A stretch of DNA of 62,318 nt, filler included, from Candidatus Woesearchaeota archaeon (GCA_016180285.1; 6 parts of 6 records of this genome joined end to end with filler, not necessarily neighbours in it); one strand, 5' to 3'; positions 40,534 to 49,713 are shown, counted from the whole stretch's first letter. Program-made: numbers and translations. Notes: generated by a model from the sequence alone, not told the origin.

Positions 40534-41499
40534 ATGAAAAAAACATCAAACATGAAAAACAAAATAAAAATATTGTTTGTAGCCATTTTAATGCTGGCCT
40601 CAGCATTGCTGATCAGCGCAGGAGACATCATTTTTAAGGCCGGAAACTTGGATGTCAGCCAGGATTTATTGGCTAACAGAATAGGGATAGGAACAACCAG
40701 CCCCGGTAATAAGCTGCATGTTGTTGGCGGTGATGAGGTTGTACTGCGGGTGCAGAAGTATCCAAGCGGCACTGAAGCCGTCAGCGTGGAAGGAGGATAC
40801 ATCTATCTTTATGGCGGCGATTACGGATTTGGGACTGGAGACAATAGTGAGTTTACTTTTAGGGTAAACAAAATAGAGAAGATGAGGATAGCAAGAAACG
40901 GCAATTTAGGCATTGGAACTGTAAGCCCAACAGAAAAATTAGAGGTTGCCGGCAATATCAAGGGAACTGGGTTATGCATTGGAACTGATTGCAGAACATC
41001 ATGGCCTTCCGGAGGCAGCAGTCAGTGGACAACAAGCGGCTCTAGTGTTTATTACAGCACAGGCAGCATTGGCATTGGAACAACAAGTCCCGGCAATAAG
41101 TTGCACGTCGTAGGCGGGGATGAAGTTGTGCTTAGGGTTGCAAAGACTCCATCAGGAACAGAAGCAATCAGGGTTGACGGAGGCTACATTTATCTCTATG
41201 GCGGCGCTTATGGGTTTGGAACTGGTGACAATAATGATTTTACTTTTAGGACCAATGCAGTTGAGAAAATGAGATTAACAGCTAATGGTAATTTAGGTGT
41301 TGGAACTGCAAACCCAACAGAAAAACTGCAGGTAGCAGGAGCAATCAAAGCTACAGAGTTCAAGACAGGCGACATCACTTTCAACAAGGATGACAAGCCG
41401 GTATGGAGAATGTTTGAGGACGATAATGGCTTGTATGCAGAAAGCCTGACAATAGGAAAGAAATACAGATTTGTTTTGGAAGAGTTGACTGAAAAATAG
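40534..41499 (+). CDS. Secreted fibre-like protein with duplicated GIGTTSP..KLHV modules
   Basis: Signal peptide; two near-identical ~95-aa units; C-terminal WRMFEDDNGLY...GKKYRFVLEE. Confidence 0.75.
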   Translation: MKKTSNMKNKIKILFVAILMLASALLISAGDIIFKAGNLDVSQDLLANRIGIGTTSPGNKLHVVGGDEVVLRVQKYPSGTEAVSVEGGYIYLYGGDYGFGTGDNSEFTFRVNKIEKMRIARNGNLGIGTVSPTEKLEVAGNIKGTGLCIGTDCRTSWPSGGSSQWTTSGSSVYYSTGSIGIGTTSPGNKLHVVGGDEVVLRVAKTPSGTEAIRVDGGYIYLYGGAYGFGTGDNNDFTFRTNAVEKMRLTANGNLGVGTANPTEKLQVAGAIKATEFKTGDITFNKDDKPVWRMFEDDNGLYAESLTIGKKYRFVLEELTEK

Positions 41500-41591
41500 A
41501 TAACAAATATATTAGTACATGTGTTTTTGCCTATTGCAATGATTTTAAAATTAATTAAATAGAAATTGGTGAAAATAAGAAAAATAAAAAG

Positions 41592-42074
41592 TTAAATACC
41601 GCCGCCAGATCCACCACTCTTATTTGCTGCTCCGCCATTATTGGAGTTCTTAATGACGATTCCAGTTCCTACTGTTGCAATGGTCTCTAATTTATTTTCC
41701 CATGCTCCTTTTGCTTCGTCGATGACTGTTCCTATGACATATTCGCCTATTTTTAATACGCCTTTTGTCTTGTAATTATCCCAGTCTTCAAGCTTATTTG
41801 TCAAGCCATAAAGAGTTTCCGGTATAACACGGAAAGGAAAAGATAATACTCCCCCTACAATGCCCATCAATCCATTTTCTTCAAATTGCTTGTCAATGGT
41901 TTTCCCTACTCCGGTATCCATAGTTCCAGAATCTTCACCAGCCACACTTAAAACATCAACTCCATTTGGAAAGTCCCCGCCATTGCTTTCTGCTTTGACA
42001 GCAGTTGTTGTTACCGCATATCCCAAACTTAAACCACCAATTAAACCTAAAAATCCTTTATAAAGTCTGTTCAT
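41592..42074 (-). CDS. Hypothetical exported protein
   Basis: N-terminal hydrophobic signal, GGAGG SD; faces the left arm of promoter repeat copy 1. Confidence 0.6.
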   Translation of the reverse strand: MNRLYKGFLGLIGGLSLGYAVTTTAVKAESNGGDFPNGVDVLSVAGEDSGTMDTGVGKTIDKQFEENGLMGIVGGVLSFPFRVIPETLYGLTNKLEDWDNYKTKGVLKIGEYVIGTVIDEAKGAWENKLETIATVGTGIVIKNSNNGGAANKSGGSGGGI

Positions 42075-42137
42075 TTTTATTGCCTCCTTGTAAATTTGTT
42101 TTAAATCAATAAAGTATCTATTACAAATACTGCCTTA

Positions 42138-42197
42138 TATTTAAATCTTTCGGTTTTGTAACCATTTGAGAGTGAATATATGGAAAGGTTTAAATAG
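42138..42197 (+). repeat. Cassette repeat copy 1 (back-to-back BRE/TATA)
   Basis: TATTTAAATCTTTCGGTTTTGTAACCATTTGAGAGTGAATATATGGAAAGGTTTAAATAG. Confidence 0.9.
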
Positions 42198-42241
42198 CTA
42201 AATTGATTACTGAGTAAAATGTGAATGGGGGCAGAGATACC

Positions 42242-43225
42242 ATGAGATCGATAAATAAAGAAGCAGATTATGTGCCTGTATTTGGCGATCAGGGAAAGGA
42301 AGCTATAACCTCGCTTCGACAAACAGCTGGCTGTTTTAAAGTATATGAAGTAAATCCTGCAATAGGCTGTGATTTTGGTTGCACGTATTGTTCTATGTAT
42401 GGCCAAGAAAGCGAATTACGACATATGCCTGTAAAAGTATTCATGGATTATCCGAAGTACCTCGAACAGTTTATTGCTGAGAACAGAAATACAAATGGCT
42501 TAATATTTAATTTTACGCCAAAGAGCGATGCCTTTTGCAATGCTTTAATAGACTCTGGCGTTACACAACGAATGTTCGATGTTTTCATTAAGGCCAGAAC
42601 AGAATTTTACATTTTAACAAAATCAGGCATTCCGCGAAAAGATGTTCAAGAAAAATTGATTCAAGCAAAAGATCTTGTTCAGATTATAATCTCTGCTGGT
42701 TTGCCAAATGAGGAATATAGGGCAATTCTTGAGCCGAACACGCCACCTATTGAGGAAAGAATGGCGTTTGGAAAATTTTGTGCAGAGAATGGAATCCAAA
42801 CAGCAGGCATTGCTGCGCCTTTCCTTCCATTTTCTATTGAAGGATATACACAATCAGTCATTGATAGGTATGCTGATATTGAAGTAGACCACATTTCAGT
42901 GCATTTATTGAAATTATCAGAAATGTGCCTTGAACGGCTATGTAAACAATTACGAGGTTACGGAAACATATTGAAAAAAATCTACGGTAATGAAACTTCA
43001 GAAAGCATAGAATGGACTCTGCCAGGAGGTAAAAAAGTTAAACGTTATTATGCGGACAAAGAAATCATAAAAGAGGAACTAAAAAAATTTAAAAAAGCAG
43101 CAAAAACAAAAAACATCACATTAAGCACATGTGTTGAAGTTGAAAAATTGATTGAAGACTTGCATTTCAACGATGATGCAAGAAAGAAAGGGATAACTTG
43201 CGTTGGTTTTAAAAATAAGAGGTGA
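42242..43225 (+). CDS. Radical SAM protein, SPL-like family
   Basis: NPAIGCDFGCTYC, ILTKS and LEPNTPPIEER. Confidence 0.85.
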   Translation: MRSINKEADYVPVFGDQGKEAITSLRQTAGCFKVYEVNPAIGCDFGCTYCSMYGQESELRHMPVKVFMDYPKYLEQFIAENRNTNGLIFNFTPKSDAFCNALIDSGVTQRMFDVFIKARTEFYILTKSGIPRKDVQEKLIQAKDLVQIIISAGLPNEEYRAILEPNTPPIEERMAFGKFCAENGIQTAGIAAPFLPFSIEGYTQSVIDRYADIEVDHISVHLLKLSEMCLERLCKQLRGYGNILKKIYGNETSESIEWTLPGGKKVKRYYADKEIIKEELKKFKKAAKTKNITLSTCVEVEKLIEDLHFNDDARKKGITCVGFKNKR

Positions 43226-43230
43226 AAATA

Positions 43231-43554
43231 ATGCCGCGACTATTTTTTTTGGTAAAAAGTCAGGAAAAAGCAGATTATCTAAAAAGTAACATCCCAAAAA
43301 TTGTAAATCTAATAAATAGACCACCAAATACAATAGAATTCTATATGCAAGTTGATGAGAAAACTTCAGATGAAAAGGCTTCTATTTTTTTATATGATTT
43401 GGAAGAAAGAAGAACTAAAGAGTTTCAGGAGAAGATTATTGGTGGCATTGAAAAAATAACATCTATAAATTCTGTAGAATTAATTTTCATAAAAAAAGAG
43501 AACTGGATATTGAAGGAAAGGGTGTGTGAAATTTGCCAGGACTCAAAAATATAA
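43231..43554 (+). CDS. Tautomerase/MIF-superfamily-like protein (Pro1)
   Basis: SD GAGGTGA then MPRLFF; beta-alpha-beta pattern, RTKEFQEKI and IFIKKENW. Confidence 0.5.
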   Translation: MPRLFFLVKSQEKADYLKSNIPKIVNLINRPPNTIEFYMQVDEKTSDEKASIFLYDLEERRTKEFQEKIIGGIEKITSINSVELIFIKKENWILKERVCEICQDSKI

Positions 43555-44534
43555 ACCAAAAGTTAGACTATTCTGTTGCGGAATCTTATCTAGAGCAGGT
43601 TATGTCCACTTTCAAACCTAAAACTGACTATAAAAAATTCATGATCGAAGAAAAGGAATTAGAGGAAAAAGCATTCTCAATCCTAACTTCAAGAGAATTT
43701 TGTTATTTAAGCAAGAAATTATCTGAAAAATATAAATCCGGCATAGTTAAAAACATCTCTTTGGCAATCAGTCAAAACAAGCCAATCCAATTTTTTTATG
43801 ATGTTGGCGGAGGTTATCATGCAAGTTTAGACTTTCATAAGCCAGAATTATGTTTTGATGTTGGCCTGGGGGAATTACTCATATTATATCAAATAAAGAA
43901 AGCCACAGATAGAATAGAAGAAATTTATCCCATTGGGTGTAATTTTCATCTTGTTATTGATAATAGATGCTCTCAACTCGCCAATGACGTACCTGTTGAA
44001 AAAACAGAACAATATTCTGCTAATTTTAGAGAATTAATAAAAGAGGTCGGCATGAATTCTGTTGTAGATATGATGGTGGAATCAGAACTTTTTAATATTG
44101 ATCAATATGATATAGAGCATATTACTAGAGAAGAAATCGACAGTTACAAATTAACATTTAAGGAACATGAGAATGTTATTCGTTTTCTTGGTTATGAATG
44201 TTCTGAAAAAGAGGCTATACTAAGAATACTGACTTATCAACAACTTATTCAAATTTCTGAGTCATTACTAGGATCAGCAACCTTAGAGGGTGTTAGATTA
44301 ACCCAAAGATCTACAAATTCAACATTTTGTTTTCGAGCATTTCCTGGTTCAGATTCGAGAATTCAATGCGGTCAGGTTTCCATAGAATACCAAGATAACA
44401 CTTCAGTTAGGCCTCTCTTATTGACGAGCACAAATTTTGGCGATCATAATACTCATGTAGTACCATTTCCCAGAATATTGCCAAGAGAAGTGGCAAGCAT
44501 AATAATATCAAACAAAAAAGGCATAAATGAATAA
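43533..44534 (+). CDS. Remote PvcA/DIT1 (isonitrile synthase)-like protein
   Basis: AISQNKPIQF...GELLIL.QI...I.EIYP.G..FHLVID...Y...FRELI pattern. Confidence 0.4.
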   Translation: MPGLKNINQKLDYSVAESYLEQVMSTFKPKTDYKKFMIEEKELEEKAFSILTSREFCYLSKKLSEKYKSGIVKNISLAISQNKPIQFFYDVGGGYHASLDFHKPELCFDVGLGELLILYQIKKATDRIEEIYPIGCNFHLVIDNRCSQLANDVPVEKTEQYSANFRELIKEVGMNSVVDMMVESELFNIDQYDIEHITREEIDSYKLTFKEHENVIRFLGYECSEKEAILRILTYQQLIQISESLLGSATLEGVRLTQRSTNSTFCFRAFPGSDSRIQCGQVSIEYQDNTSVRPLLLTSTNFGDHNTHVVPFPRILPREVASIIISNKKGINE

Positions 44535-45321
44535 TGGATTAACTAACTGCATTGGTGCAATCATCTTAGAAGGCAATGAATTCTATGATATTAATACAGA
44601 TAAAGCTATGTTAAAATGTAAATCTAAAGCATATGCGCCTCTATTTATGCCTTCTATAGTTGACTTAAGAATAAATGCTGATGAAGATGCTAGATTATGG
44701 AAGATATGGTATTGTACACCAAGCATTAAGGTTACAGGAAGAACAAACAAGGATAGTGTAGTTGTTGTTTATGCACATATTCCTAATTACTTTTGTGAAC
44801 AAGAAAACATAAGACGGGCAATAGATTTGGGATTGATTAATCATGCTGGAAGAGTTCCCCAACAGGAATTCGATAGGCTAGTTAAATTAGATGGCGTGGC
44901 AGATTTACAAGGAAATAGATTGGTTTGGGTAGTGGATTATGATAAAATAACTGATGCTCCGTCTGAAGTAATAAGCGTTGATTACGCTTTAGAACATCCA
45001 CAAACAATCCCTTTTTTGGGAGGTGTGAAAAGAGCAGAAATGTACCTGAAAAAATACAAAGAGGTATATGGTAAAAAAATAGGGGTGTGGTACACCGAAG
45101 ATAAATATGAACAACCACTAGGCAGACTTTTATTCATAAGCTCCTGTATAGATGGGTTGCTTGGGAGTGTGCTTTTGGGAGGCGGCGGGCGTTTTTTAGG
45201 AATCAAATCCGCCAGCAAAACAATTGAGTATGCAATAGAATCATTTAATGTTTCTAGAATAATTAGCTCCACTAAAGAAAAACTTGAATTTGAAATGAAA
45301 AACTACATCAAGTTATGTTAG
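44527..45321 (+). CDS. DPANN hypothetical protein with DGR-target-like C-terminus
   Basis: HPQTIPFLGG..RAE.YL and QPLGRLLFI....GL.G...L..GGRFLGI. Confidence 0.55.
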   Translation: MNNGLTNCIGAIILEGNEFYDINTDKAMLKCKSKAYAPLFMPSIVDLRINADEDARLWKIWYCTPSIKVTGRTNKDSVVVVYAHIPNYFCEQENIRRAIDLGLINHAGRVPQQEFDRLVKLDGVADLQGNRLVWVVDYDKITDAPSEVISVDYALEHPQTIPFLGGVKRAEMYLKKYKEVYGKKIGVWYTEDKYEQPLGRLLFISSCIDGLLGSVLLGGGGRFLGIKSASKTIEYAIESFNVSRIISSTKEKLEFEMKNYIKLC

Positions 45322-45329
45322 AAAAGCAA

Positions 45330-45398
45330 ATGGAAGGCAAAGGCAACAGGACAAGGATAGAAGCAGACTGTGCTGATGACTGCACTGCCTTAAATTAA
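45330..45398 (+). pseudogene. Remnant 1 of the surface-protein N-domain 3' end
   Basis: MEGKGNRTRIEADCADDCTALN*, homologous to 29480-29538. Confidence 0.85.
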
Positions 45399-45486
45399 AT
45401 CTTTCGGTTTTGTAACCATTTAGGAGTGAGGATAGAAAGGTTTAAATAGTTAAATAACTTACTCCAAACAAGGTGAATCAAAATGG
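45394..45486 (+). repeat. Cassette repeat copy 2 including promoter, SD and ATG
   Basis: ATTAAATCTTTCGGTTTTGTAACCATTT...GAAAGGTTTAAATAGTTAAATAACTTACTCCAAACAAGGTGAATCAAAATGG. Confidence 0.9.
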
Positions 45487-45665
45487 AAGCAACCATCTGC
45501 GTACCGAGAGAGGAATATGTAGAACTTCAATTTTACAAGAAACTAGTAGAAAATAATCTAACTGAAGATGTTTCAGGAGAAGAACTGCAACTGATAGAAG
45601 AGGCTAGAACAGAAAAGTCAATGAGCAAAAAAGACTTTTTGGATAAAGCCAAGAAACTGATATAG
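45483..45665 (+). CDS. Putative antitoxin
   Basis: 60-aa acidic ORF immediately upstream of a RelE-like gene. Confidence 0.7.
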   Translation: MEATICVPREEYVELQFYKKLVENNLTEDVSGEELQLIEEARTEKSMSKKDFLDKAKKLI

Positions 45666-45666
45666 A

Positions 45667-45918
45667 ATGTTCATTCTTAATTATAAGCCTTCTTTCTATG
45701 AAGATCTGGAAAAGATTGTTAAAGACAAAATAATAAGAAAACAAATCATAGATAAAACTTTAGAGCTTGAAAACAGAGCGCCAATCGGGAAAAAACTCAA
45801 AGGAAATCCTTTTTGGTCGATTCATGTTAGCAATTTCAGGATAATCTACGAGATGAATGGCAGCAATATAGATTTTTTGAGAATAGTGCCTAGGAAACAT
45901 GATTATAGAGAAATATAG
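45667..45918 (+). CDS. RelE/ParE-family toxin
   Basis: F.EDLEKI...GKKLKG..FWSIHVSNFRIIYE...PRKHDY. Confidence 0.85.
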   Translation: MFILNYKPSFYEDLEKIVKDKIIRKQIIDKTLELENRAPIGKKLKGNPFWSIHVSNFRIIYEMNGSNIDFLRIVPRKHDYREI

Positions 45919-45960
45919 CTGATAAAAAAGAAACTTTGCTAAAGAAGAATGCGATTCCAA

Positions 45961-46150
45961 TAGGCTGCATAGACAAAGCAATATTTGTTGATTTGGGCAG
46001 GGCAGATAAAAGCCTGCTTGACAGCTATCCTGCTGTGAAAAACAGCGTTTTTATGCGTTAAGCCAAGAGCCGGGAAATTGAATCTTTTTATGGAAGGCAA
46101 AGGCAACAGGACAAGAATAACAGCAGACTGCATAGATGACTGCACTGCTG
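45961..46150 (+). pseudogene. Remnant 2 of the surface-protein N-domain (internal deletion)
   Basis: 45975-46049 is identical to 29273-29347, then jumps ~90 nt to FLCVKPRAGKLNLFMEGKGNRTRITADCIDDCTA. Confidence 0.9.
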
Positions 46151-46153
46151 GAC

Positions 46154-46193
46154 TTAAATCTTTCGGTTTTGTAACCATTAAAGAGTGAAGATA
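46154..46193 (+). repeat. Cassette repeat copy 3 (right arm lost)
   Basis: TTAAATCTTTCGGTTTTGTAACCATTAAAGAGTGAAGATA. Confidence 0.85.
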
Positions 46194-46353
46194 ACTAAAA
46201 AATCTACATAAACATGGCGAGCCTCCTTTTTGATATTCATAAAACACAACTACCCTTAAGAGCATGTAAAGTTAAGAATTTATTCCTTTTCTTTTATAAT
46301 GGGGGAGTTCCAATCCTTTAGTCATAGTGCCTTTTACTTTGTAAAAGAGGCAT

Positions 46354-46806
46354 ATGTTTTTAGACTTTTGCAGAGATCCAGAAAAACAAAAACTTACAAT
46401 CTTGAGGAGTATTAGAAAGAATAATGGTTCTTTTAATGCATTATATGCTCCTCTAGAGGTTGCAGAAGCAACTTATCTAGCCGAACTTCTTGGAGTTGAT
46501 TATAAACTTGGACCAACGAGTGAAGCACCATTTGATAGAATAATTCTTGATCTTTCTAGAAAAATAAGTGACAATCCCTTTAAAATGATTTGGTACTCTG
46601 AAGTGCCTGATAGACCTACCTCATATCTCAAAGGCAATCAAAAGTGTGTTTACCTAACAGATTCTCCTGAAGAAATTCATAATAAACTTAAAGATGATAC
46701 TTACAGTCAATGGTTATTGGATGTACTAAAACCTTTCAATGCTTCATCCTTAAACTTAGAAGAGAATATTTGTAATATTTCAAAAGCCATATTAGATAAA
46801 ATTTGA
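46354..46806 (+). CDS. Hypothetical protein, possibly a 5'-truncated fragment
   Basis: 150-aa ORF; YLTDSPEEIHNKL is only weakly reminiscent of Trp/Tyr-tRNA-synthetase C-terminal segments. Confidence 0.45.
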   Translation: MFLDFCRDPEKQKLTILRSIRKNNGSFNALYAPLEVAEATYLAELLGVDYKLGPTSEAPFDRIILDLSRKISDNPFKMIWYSEVPDRPTSYLKGNQKCVYLTDSPEEIHNKLKDDTYSQWLLDVLKPFNASSLNLEENICNISKAILDKI

Positions 46807-46843
46807 GATACATTTATAAATTAAAAAATAACAAGTATGCAGA

Positions 46844-47608
46844 ATGGTAAAAGAAGTAGAATCATTTTACGATAAAGTAGCAGTTAATTACTCCGATCAC
46901 GACGATAGAGTATGTGATCGAATAGTTGAACATTTCATTATAGACAATCTCCAAAAAAACAAAATACTCAAAATTCTAGATGCAGGTGGAGGTACTGGTA
47001 GGTTTTCTGAACCACTATTAAAAAAAGGCCATAATATTGTATTAACAGAACTATCTAAAGAGATGTTAAACAAAGCAAAAAATAAATTAAAATCTTACTC
47101 AAATATAGAATTTATTAAAAATTCGATTACTAATATGGCTGAATTTAAAGATGAGTCATTTGATGTTGTATTAATGATAAATGCCATATTAGATTATTGT
47201 GGAGACTATAATGAAGCCATGCAAGAAGCACATAGAATCCTCAAAAAAGGAGGATTATTGATGGCAACAGTAAATAATAGGTTGATATATTGTAAATCCC
47301 ATGAGCTTAAAGAAGGCAATTATGAATCATTTAGAAAGAATATGAAAACAGGAGATAGATATATTGTTTGGGGTGGACAAATGAAAGGCCATATAAGTCA
47401 TGAGTTTACATTGGATGAGTTAAGAAATTCCCTTACTCAAAATGGTTTTAAAATAAAAAAAGTATTAGGTATTTTTAATCTTATGGATAAATACGAAATG
47501 AATAATCTCAAGAATGAAGAAGAGTTCATTAAAATACAAATAGAATATGCCGAATTACAGGAATATATAAATAATTCTCAAGACTTTTTCTTTGTTGGTG
47601 AAAAATAA
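46844..47608 (+). CDS. Class I SAM-dependent methyltransferase
   Basis: ILDAGGGTGRF, DESFDVV and HRILKKGG. Confidence 0.9.
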   Translation: MVKEVESFYDKVAVNYSDHDDRVCDRIVEHFIIDNLQKNKILKILDAGGGTGRFSEPLLKKGHNIVLTELSKEMLNKAKNKLKSYSNIEFIKNSITNMAEFKDESFDVVLMINAILDYCGDYNEAMQEAHRILKKGGLLMATVNNRLIYCKSHELKEGNYESFRKNMKTGDRYIVWGGQMKGHISHEFTLDELRNSLTQNGFKIKKVLGIFNLMDKYEMNNLKNEEEFIKIQIEYAELQEYINNSQDFFFVGEK

Positions 47609-47902
47609 GAAGTTTACGTATCTGAATGGAACCTAAATATGTTAATAAAAGAAGCTTCGCTTTTGAGATAATCAAATTGCCCCCTTGATAACTTGTTCTT
47701 AATGTATCGCGTTCGCTCAATGGAAAGAACTCTTAGACCTCCGGTGCTACGCACATTTACATTCGGCTTCGCCTCGAAGATTGATAATTCTATATCAACT
47801 CCAAAATTACACCGAAAACAAAAATTTGGTAGGACTCGTGGATTTAAGTTTAAGAAAAAGGTATTTGTATTGCCATAACAGGAGCCTCATGACAGCCAAC
47901 TC

Positions 47903-48538
47903 TTAGAAATTCTCAGATATTATTATCATGAAATATCTTTTTTTAATAATGTTTATAATAAAAAAGCCCGATTTTCTTAATATCTTTTTTGCTTCTTCAG
48001 AAGTATAAAACTTTTGGTGAGAACTCTCTTTTTTTCTTAGTTCTTTGTCCCATTTTTTCACAACCTTATAATCTCCACACCAATCAAATATAACAAAAAT
48101 GCCTTTATCTTTTAGGACCTTATTGATCTCTTTTATCTTCTTTTTTGGATTGTTAATATGGTGCAGTAACCTAATTGCGAAGACATAGTCAAACAAATTA
48201 TTTCCAAATCTTAAATTATTTAGCGACATATTTGATATTCTGATCTTTTTTCTATTCTTCACCCTTTCTCTTGCAACTTTGATGAAGTTTGGTGTAATGT
48301 CTATACCTGTTAAGTTTAATCTATTCTTGTATTTATTGTCTAAATCTATAAGCAAATCTCCAGTTCCGCATCCTATATCCAAGATTTTATCTCCTTTCTT
48401 TAAATTAAGCAAACTAATTATTAATTGCCTATATTTCTTATTTCTTTTTTCTTGATCAAGACTTCCTGCACCAGGGTGTGTACATTTTGGAGACCATTCT
48501 GAGAAATCCTTTATAATATTTTTTTCATATTGTTTCAT
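47903..48538 (-). CDS. Class I SAM-dependent methyltransferase (UbiE-like)
   Basis: ILDIGCGTG, FDYV...LHHI and IFDWCGD. Confidence 0.9.
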   Translation of the reverse strand: MKQYEKNIIKDFSEWSPKCTHPGAGSLDQEKRNKKYRQLIISLLNLKKGDKILDIGCGTGDLLIDLDNKYKNRLNLTGIDITPNFIKVARERVKNRKKIRISNMSLNNLRFGNNLFDYVFAIRLLHHINNPKKKIKEINKVLKDKGIFVIFDWCGDYKVVKKWDKELRKKESSHQKFYTSEEAKKILRKSGFFIINIIKKRYFMIIISENF

Positions 48539-48796
48539 TTTTCAATCCCTTAAGTTTAAATCCTATCTAAGTGACCGTTATTTGGACTTTTTGTTGATAC
48601 ATAATATTTATTTGATTTTTAAAGACGATTATATGACATTACATACAAAGCTAGTTTTTATGACTTTTATTCTTTTCTACTTTTAACACATTTTAAGTCA
48701 TCTTTGTTATAGCGCATTGATATAATTATGCGGCATACGATATGACCTCATTCATATAGTATACCACTAATAAGTAATAATTACAAGAAGAACTTT

Positions 48797-48854
48797 TATT
48801 TAAATCTTTCGGTTTTTTACCATTTGGAAGTGAATATATGGAAAGGTTTAAATA
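48797..48854 (+). repeat. Cassette repeat copy 4
   Basis: TATTTAAATCTTTCGGTTTTTTACCATTTGGAAGTGAATATATGGAAAGGTTTAAATA. Confidence 0.9.
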
Positions 48855-48869
48855 TGAGAATAGCTTACT

Positions 48870-49157
48870 ATGAGTATGGAAAACCAAATATTGCTTAATG
48901 TAGCGATCAAGGAAGAGCCAGAAGGCGGCTATTCTGTTGTTTGCACAGACTTAGATGTAGCCAGCCAGGGAGAAACAATAGACGAAGCTGTAAAAAATAT
49001 TAAAGAAGCTGTTGAGCTATATTTTGAGAGTGCTAAAGAATTGGGAATCATGGATGAGATTCTTGAAAAATTGGGTCTAACTAAAAAAGATGTTGAAGAG
49101 GGTATTTCTGTCCCAAAAATATTCAAAACAGAAATTCCAGTAAAGGTAGCTGCATAA
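48870..49157 (+). CDS. hicB: HicB-family antitoxin
   Basis: EEPEGGYSVVCTDL.VASQGETIDEAVKNIKEAVELY. Confidence 0.9.
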   Translation: MSMENQILLNVAIKEEPEGGYSVVCTDLDVASQGETIDEAVKNIKEAVELYFESAKELGIMDEILEKLGLTKKDVEEGISVPKIFKTEIPVKVAA

Positions 49158-49158
49158 G

Positions 49159-49386
49159 ATGAAGCTGCCATTGGTTTCTTCAGATAAAGTATTAAAACTG
49201 TTATCCAAGAAAGGCTTTTCTATAGTGAGACAAAAGGGCTCTCATATTTCTTTGCATAAAGAAGAGGAGGGAATAACATTATTGGTTGTTGTACCAAAAA
49301 AAGATCAAATAAAAATAGGAACTTTGATCAGCATCTTAAAGCAGGCTAAAATAACCAGGGAAGAATTTTTGAATGAGATAAAATAA
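49159..49386 (+). CDS. hicA: HicA-family toxin
   Basis: KGF..VRQKGSH and IKIGTLISILKQA. Confidence 0.92.
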   Translation: MKLPLVSSDKVLKLLSKKGFSIVRQKGSHISLHKEEEGITLLVVVPKKDQIKIGTLISILKQAKITREEFLNEIK

Positions 49387-49390
49387 GATT

Positions 49391-49486
49391 TATTAAATCT
49401 TTCGGTTTTGTAACCATTTGAGAGTAAAGATATGGAAAGGTTTAAATAGTTAAATAACTTACTCAAAACAAGGTGAATCAAAATGG
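49391..49486 (+). repeat. Cassette repeat copy 5 including promoter, SD and ATG
   Basis: Core repeat plus a 52-nt leader matching copy 2 with one mismatch. Confidence 0.9.
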
Positions 49487-49713
49487 CAACTGAAGTAGAA
49501 GGCATATACAAAAACGGGAAGATACTGCCTGTAAATGATATCAAGCTAGAGGAAAATACAAAGGTTACAGTTGTGATACATGATCACTTGAAAAAGAAGG
49601 CATTTATGGAAAAGTTAATTGGGGTTTGGGAGAATGTAAAGGAAATGGACGGCATATTTAACGACATCTTGAAAAGAAGGCATAAAGATATCGGAAGAAA
49701 TGCAGGTATTTAA
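49483..49713 (+). CDS. AF2212/DUF104-like antitoxin
   Basis: VEGIYKNGKILP...I.L.EN.KV.V motif upstream of a PIN-domain gene. Confidence 0.8.
   Translation: MATEVEGIYKNGKILPVNDIKLEENTKVTVVIHDHLKKKAFMEKLIGVWENVKEMDGIFNDILKRRHKDIGRNAGI

Noticed and set aside
44527..45330. A complete diversity-generating retroelement
   Set aside because: No reverse transcriptase, Avd or template repeat is visible in the window.
45939..46265. 108-aa minus-strand ORF (also 29434-29745, 42101-42406, 49305-49544)
   Set aside because: Antisense shadows of the surface-protein domain, its remnants or the repeat.
46354..46806. Tryptophanyl/tyrosyl-tRNA synthetase
   Set aside because: Only a short LTDSPEEI similarity; no HIGH or KMSKS motifs.
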